Source: Pavona decussata (Eukaryota). Taken from it: 64,000 nt of DNA. The notes beneath the pieces are model-generated. The model did not search any database. It worked only from the letters and a program-made list of their open reading frames with translations, and had not been told where the DNA came from. Each line of letters opens with the position of its first letter. Position 1 is the first letter of the stretch. Shown in pieces: positions 58,858 to 64,000 of this stretch. A program made the translations under genes and the position numbers. The stretch covers positions 1,798,001-1,862,000 of the forward strand of contig CDRNST010000091.1 in assembly GCA_977016875.1 (NCBI GenBank), written 5' to 3'.

Positions 58858-60776
58858 GGCTGTCTTTTCCCCCTTTCCGCGGTTATGTTGTTTTACCTGT
58901 CAAACGTCTTTAAAACGACGCCAAAATAAAAAGCTAAGGGCCATATCATAGAGGTAACTCTACGGTAACGTTGGAGTCTAAGTTAATTTTGATTTCTCTG
59001 AAGCCAAGTTGACCTTCGGTATTACTGAAAGTGTTCTAGAGAGAAGAGGTTCCGCTTTGATGGACTTTACTTGTGTATTGTAGATAGAGTGAAAATAACG
59101 AACAGCAGTTGCAATTTCGTGGACAACAACGACCTCGGTAGTTTTAGATAAATGAAGATCGTTGCACCTGTTTATGACCCATATATTGGACATTTTTAAT
59201 TGTTTCCTAGAAATGGATGGTACAAAGAACTTTTTCATCGAAGTTAATAACTCCGTGAAAGAAAGTAAACTTAATTAAGGATCGGGAGACTGTACGTTTA
59301 TTTAATAAATAATTTAGCAAACTTTTTCCTAAAGGATTGCTTAAGTTCAGTGCTTCCCACAATCTCCCTAGTAGTTCCTCCATCGATTCCCTTGTTAGAA
59401 CACAATAACCTAACGCTGCAGGCAGCTGCCAGTGAATAACTCTTTTCATTGCCGGAGGAAGATTGAAAACATGAATTAATGTAATTATTTTGAGGTGATG
59501 ATTGCTTATTCTCAAACTCATTCCTAATTTCTGATAAGAAAATAAAGGACATGTACATGTGTGAAGGAGGTTTGGAAATGAGATCTTAATTATCATAAAA
59601 TTTGGTGAACGTTTGCTTTGAATTTCCTTTTTTTTTTTACACGAGGAAGAGTGTTTTATTCGATTTCGACGATTCGACCTCTCGGTGCAGGAAATAGGAT
59701 GAAACATTCTTTTCAGTACTTGATTATTACTTGGAACTGAGAAAGGGTTTTAAAGGAACATGTCTGCCTACCGAAATTAAACCTTAAATTCCTTGTTTAA
59801 AAATATTAAGATCAATATATGTTATCAGGGGCAACTAACAAGAATATTCAAGAAAAATACTTGAACTGTTACTTCCTGTGTTCCCAGATAGTTTTCTGCA
59901 ATTTTAAATACTTCTTTTTGCTAGCTAATACAGATTGATCTGCTTCGATGCTTTAGCGGAAAATTTCACTCAAAGAAAATTTTAGCCTACCTGTTATGGA
60001 TTTACGAAAATGCTAGCTCACTTTTTTTCGTATTTTTTAACGACACTCAATTTTATAATCTAGAGGTTTCCTATGGAAATCTCTTGATTATCAGTTTCGA
60101 TCGAATTTCAACTCCATACAAATTCTTACTTTACACTGTGGTAATACGTTTCCCATGAGAGTGATTGACAACAAGAATACAGATTTGATTATTGTTTGTA
60201 ATTTGTAATGTATTCGACGCAAAGCACAGGCCTAAAGCCTTGGCTAAAAGAGGGAAATAAAACGTCATGTTTGCACGAGGTGAAGTTCATCCTTATATGG
60301 TATTTCTCATGCCATAAACACTCTCCTCGTACAGCCCAAAAGATTTTAAACTTAGTTTATTCGTTTTCCGCCATCTTGAAAATAAATAAATCTTACTGAT
60401 TTCTGTATTAAAATTGCGATTAATTGAGATTAATCTATAGGATTTCAAGCCTGGTTGAAAGAAGTGGCCTAACGGCAAAACAACAGCGAAGAGAAAAACA
60501 ATTAAATCTAAGCTTTTTGGCATGTTTTTTGTTTTCCTTTTCCTGTCAGAATTAATTCCATTTAATTATCAATAGATTACAGAGGAGCCAACATAATTAA
60601 TCCAGAACGTAATTAAACAGTGACAAAAAGCGCAGCATCCTTAAAAAATCGATTTACGAAGAAGAGAACAGCTTTTTAAATGGTTGTTGACAACGAACAA
60701 TATAATTTCTTAGATCGAATTTATTCTCCTGAAACGAGGAAATATCGAAACCAAAACAGGTTAAAAAATATCCGCC

Positions 60777-61718
60777 ATGTGTAACAAGACAGCCTGTTTT
60801 CCTTCAAACATAACCTTCAGCCATTGTTCACTCGACGGGATTGAAACAAATCGAAGTTCTGCTATTCAAGCGGTTGCTCTCTCAACTTCTGTTATCATCA
60901 CCATATTGCTGCCCATTGCAGTGGCGGGAAATGGCCTGATCTTGGCGGCAATATGGAAGAACCCGTCTCTCAGAACACCGTCTTACATAATTCTCGCTGG
61001 GTTGGCTTTTACTGATCTTTGCACTGGGCTTGTCACCCAACCGTTCTACATCGCACTACAAATTACTTGTTGGCAGGATGCCAGGGGAAGCAACCACTCA
61101 TGGATGCTGTTTGCAGCATCAGTTTGTGGCACCTACTTTACTTACTTAACTTTGGTGCTGATCTTACTTATGTCTATTGAACGATGGCTACACATGAATC
61201 GTCGATTGTTGCTTACTGGGCGCCGTACATGTTTCATCGTGGCATTTGTCTCACTGCTTCTAATACCACTTGCAGCAATTCGCTTTAACAGGGGATACGA
61301 ATTTGCCACAGGAATTATTTTATTTATTGTTTTCTTTTCTTGTGTTCTTGTTACATCGGTTGCCTATTTCAAAGTTTTCCGTATTATTCGTCACCATCAA
61401 GAGCAAGTTCACTCAAACGAATCTTCGCAGAACTTTGGTCAACCAGCAATAAACCTGGCGAAATACAAGAAATCGGTGTTTTCTATCTTGTATATTTTAG
61501 GCGTTTTCTACATTTGTTACCTTCCTTTCTTGGTTGTATTTGCTGGAATGATGTTTGAGATCAACATGACTATGCTAGAGGTAGCGTTTAGGATATCTAC
61601 GCTATTCCTTTTTCTGGCTTCTTCAATCAATCCTGTGATTTACATTTGGAGGATGAATCCTATTCGAACTGGAGTGAAACTTTTTGTACGAAAAATTATT
61701 TGCATGGAGTCAAACTAA
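60777..61718 (+). CDS. Class A orphan GPCR, intact
   Basis: 313 aa; LRTPSY, LAFTD, SIERWLHM, NPVIYIWRM. Confidence 0.93.
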   Translation: MCNKTACFPSNITFSHCSLDGIETNRSSAIQAVALSTSVIITILLPIAVAGNGLILAAIWKNPSLRTPSYIILAGLAFTDLCTGLVTQPFYIALQITCWQDARGSNHSWMLFAASVCGTYFTYLTLVLILLMSIERWLHMNRRLLLTGRRTCFIVAFVSLLLIPLAAIRFNRGYEFATGIILFIVFFSCVLVTSVAYFKVFRIIRHHQEQVHSNESSQNFGQPAINLAKYKKSVFSILYILGVFYICYLPFLVVFAGMMFEINMTMLEVAFRISTLFLFLASSINPVIYIWRMNPIRTGVKLFVRKIICMESN

Positions 61719-62971
61719 GGCAGGGTCATGGCCAAGATGAATTAATGTTGACCCTGATTTCAGGGTAAATAATAAGATTGGTTCAAAAACCTTGGAAGTG
61801 CATAACGCAGTAGGGTCGTTACACTTTCTTGATTGTAAGTTAAGGTGTATTATTGCAATTTATTCAAAATGATCCAATATACTTAAACTAACTTACGTAA
61901 TTCGGCTGAGAATGGCACAGAGTCATGACGGAACTTTCAAGGACAAAAAAATAATGTAAACATGACAAATGAACACTGCGACAGAAGTTCGATTTTAAAC
62001 TAAGGTTGACATTCCTCCCAATGTCACGGTTTTCTAAAGAGCAATAAAGGATCCGAAATGAGGTGATGAAGAATGGCAAGAAAAATCGTTCTGCACAGCG
62101 CTGTTTGTATTCAAGAAAATGCGAGAGTATTTATAAAGTTAATAATTCTAGTTTGGGAAAATAATAACTCTGTCACATGCTTCCTACTATTTAATGTTCT
62201 GTAAATAACAATCATTTTTTTTTTCTATACACTGTAGAAATGTTGGTTAGACATGTTGGTCGGACTTATTTTACTTCATTTTTTAGTATTTTTATGAAAA
62301 TTATGGGTGTAGAAATTACATATTTCTTTTATCCGATTGATTAATTTCAGTGTAAAGACAATTAATTTCTCTCAGTCAGACCTTGATAAGATCTAGAACT
62401 TTTCGAACTGTATTCCCCGTTATCGTTTTTGTTTTTCAAAGCGGTATGACAAAAGCGTGCTGTATACTTAAAAAAAAATTGACCCAATTTGTAATTTTTA
62501 TGGTTCTTCTGGTTCTGAAACACGCTTTCGCGGCATTCGCTTGTTTGTTTACAAGGAAAAATTCGCAATATTTTTGTGAGCTGGCCCCCTTTGCTTCTGA
62601 GCCCGTGAAATGTTCATTTACGATTGCAAGCCTCGTTCAAAGGAGTGTCTTAAGGGCAAAACAACAGAAAATTAATAAAGCTTGAGTTAGCACATGATTT
62701 TTCAACTACTTTAGTTGTCCATTTCATGTGAGACTTCATTTCCTGTGCTTAATCAAGACATCAATAAATTACATAAGAGTGAAAATAATTAGTACAGAAC
62801 GTAATTAAAAAGTGACAAAGAGCACAGCAACCCTTCAAGTCAATTCAAACTGAAGAGAACGGCTTGTTGAAGGGTTATTGACAACTAAGAATGTATATTT
62901 AATTTTCGATCAAATTTATTCATATTAAACGAGTAAATATCCACACAACGACAGACCAAAAACTATCTACT

Positions 62972-63913
62972 ATGTGTAACAACGGAACTTGCTCTCCTTC
63001 AGAAATAACCTTCAGCCCTTGTTCAATCAACGGGATTGAAACAAATCGAAGTTCTACTTTTCAAGCGGTTGCTCTCTCAACTTCTGTTATCATCGCCATA
63101 TTGCTGCCTATTGCAGTAGCGGGAAATGGCCTGGTTTTGGCGACAATATGGAAGAACCCATCTCTCAGAACACCGTCTTACATAATTCTCGCTGGGTTGG
63201 CTTTTACTGATCTTTGCACTGGGCTTGTCACCCAACCGTTTTACATCGCACTACAAATTACTTGTTGGCAGGATGCAAGGGGAAGCAACCACTCATGGAT
63301 GCTGGTTGGAACATCAGCCTGTGGCACCTACTTTACTTACTTAACTTTGGTGCTGATGTTACTTATGTCTATTGAACGATGGCTGCACATGAATCGTCGG
63401 TCGTTGCTTACTGGGCGCCGTACTTGTTTCATCGTGGCATTTGTTTCACTGCTTCTGATACCACTTGCAGCAATTCACTTTAACATTAGATACGAATTTG
63501 CCTCAGTAATTATTTCATTTATCGTTTTCTTTTCTTGCGTTCTTGTTACGTCATTTGCCTATTTTAAAGTTTTCCGTATTATTCGCCACCATCAACAGCA
63601 AGTTCACTCAAACGAATCTTCGCAGAACTTTGGTCAACCAGCAATAGACCTGGCGAAATACAAGAAATCCGTGTTTTCTATCTTGTATATTTTAGGCGTT
63701 TTCTACCTTTGTTACTTGCCTTCCTTGGTCGTATTTGCAGGACTGATTGTTGTGATCAATGTAACTTTGCTAGAGGTAGCACTTACGATATCTACCCTAT
63801 TTCTGTTTCTGGCTTCTTCAATCAATCCTGTGATTTACATTTGGAGGATGAATCCCATACGAACTGGAGTGAAACTTTTTGTACGAAAAATTCTTTGCAT
63901 GGAGTCATACTAA
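62972..63913 (+). CDS. Class A orphan GPCR, intact
   Basis: 313 aa; same motifs. Confidence 0.93.
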   Translation: MCNNGTCSPSEITFSPCSINGIETNRSSTFQAVALSTSVIIAILLPIAVAGNGLVLATIWKNPSLRTPSYIILAGLAFTDLCTGLVTQPFYIALQITCWQDARGSNHSWMLVGTSACGTYFTYLTLVLMLLMSIERWLHMNRRSLLTGRRTCFIVAFVSLLLIPLAAIHFNIRYEFASVIISFIVFFSCVLVTSFAYFKVFRIIRHHQQQVHSNESSQNFGQPAIDLAKYKKSVFSILYILGVFYLCYLPSLVVFAGLIVVINVTLLEVALTISTLFLFLASSINPVIYIWRMNPIRTGVKLFVRKILCMESY

Positions 63914-64000
63914 GGAAGGGTCATGGCCAAGATGGATGTTGACGCTGATTTCAGGGTAAATAATATGATTGTTTCAAAAACCTTGGAAGTGCATAACGCA

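Larger units (their letters stand above)
41710..64000 (+). repeat. Segmental duplication copy 2 (runs to the window end)
   Basis: Starts with TTATTTCCACTTCGAAG, which matches 12135; same gene order and strands. Confidence 0.88.

Noticed and set aside
286-63942. Many short ORFs antisense or out of frame to GPCR, RT and LINE genes, some present in both duplicates
   Set aside because: Shadows of the coding strand; their recurrence is explained by the duplication

Overview
Eukaryotic, AT-rich genomic DNA, most likely anthozoan/coral (inferred from the repeat types and receptor family). The backbone is a tandem cluster of 16 intronless class A (rhodopsin-like) orphan GPCR loci with ERW in place of DRY: 9 open ORFs and 7 disrupted or fragmentary copies. 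Much of the cluster occurs twice, as a diverged segmental duplication (about 12135-33230 versus about 41710-64000), and this provides empty-site controls for several insertions. Mobile elements: (1) a young, nearly intact 6.9-kb Ngaro-type tyrosine-recombinase retrotransposon with split direct repeats, gag, RT/RNase H and YR, an extra 5' SGNH hydrolase ORF and two arrays of RNA hairpin motifs; (2) a 3.8-kb non-autonomous Polinton/Maverick-type element with AGTAGT ends, ~400-bp TIRs and a 6-bp TSD, carrying only small accessory ORFs; (3) a 3.2-kb Helentron/HINE-like element located at the duplication breakpoint; (4) a Kolobok-like element with a THAP relic; (5) L1/Tx1 LINE fragments, tRNA-derived SINEs and MITEs; (6) a 105-bp insertion carrying a minimal hammerhead ribozyme. 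There is one assembly gap (56919-57064). All alignments were made by eye and no database searches were run.
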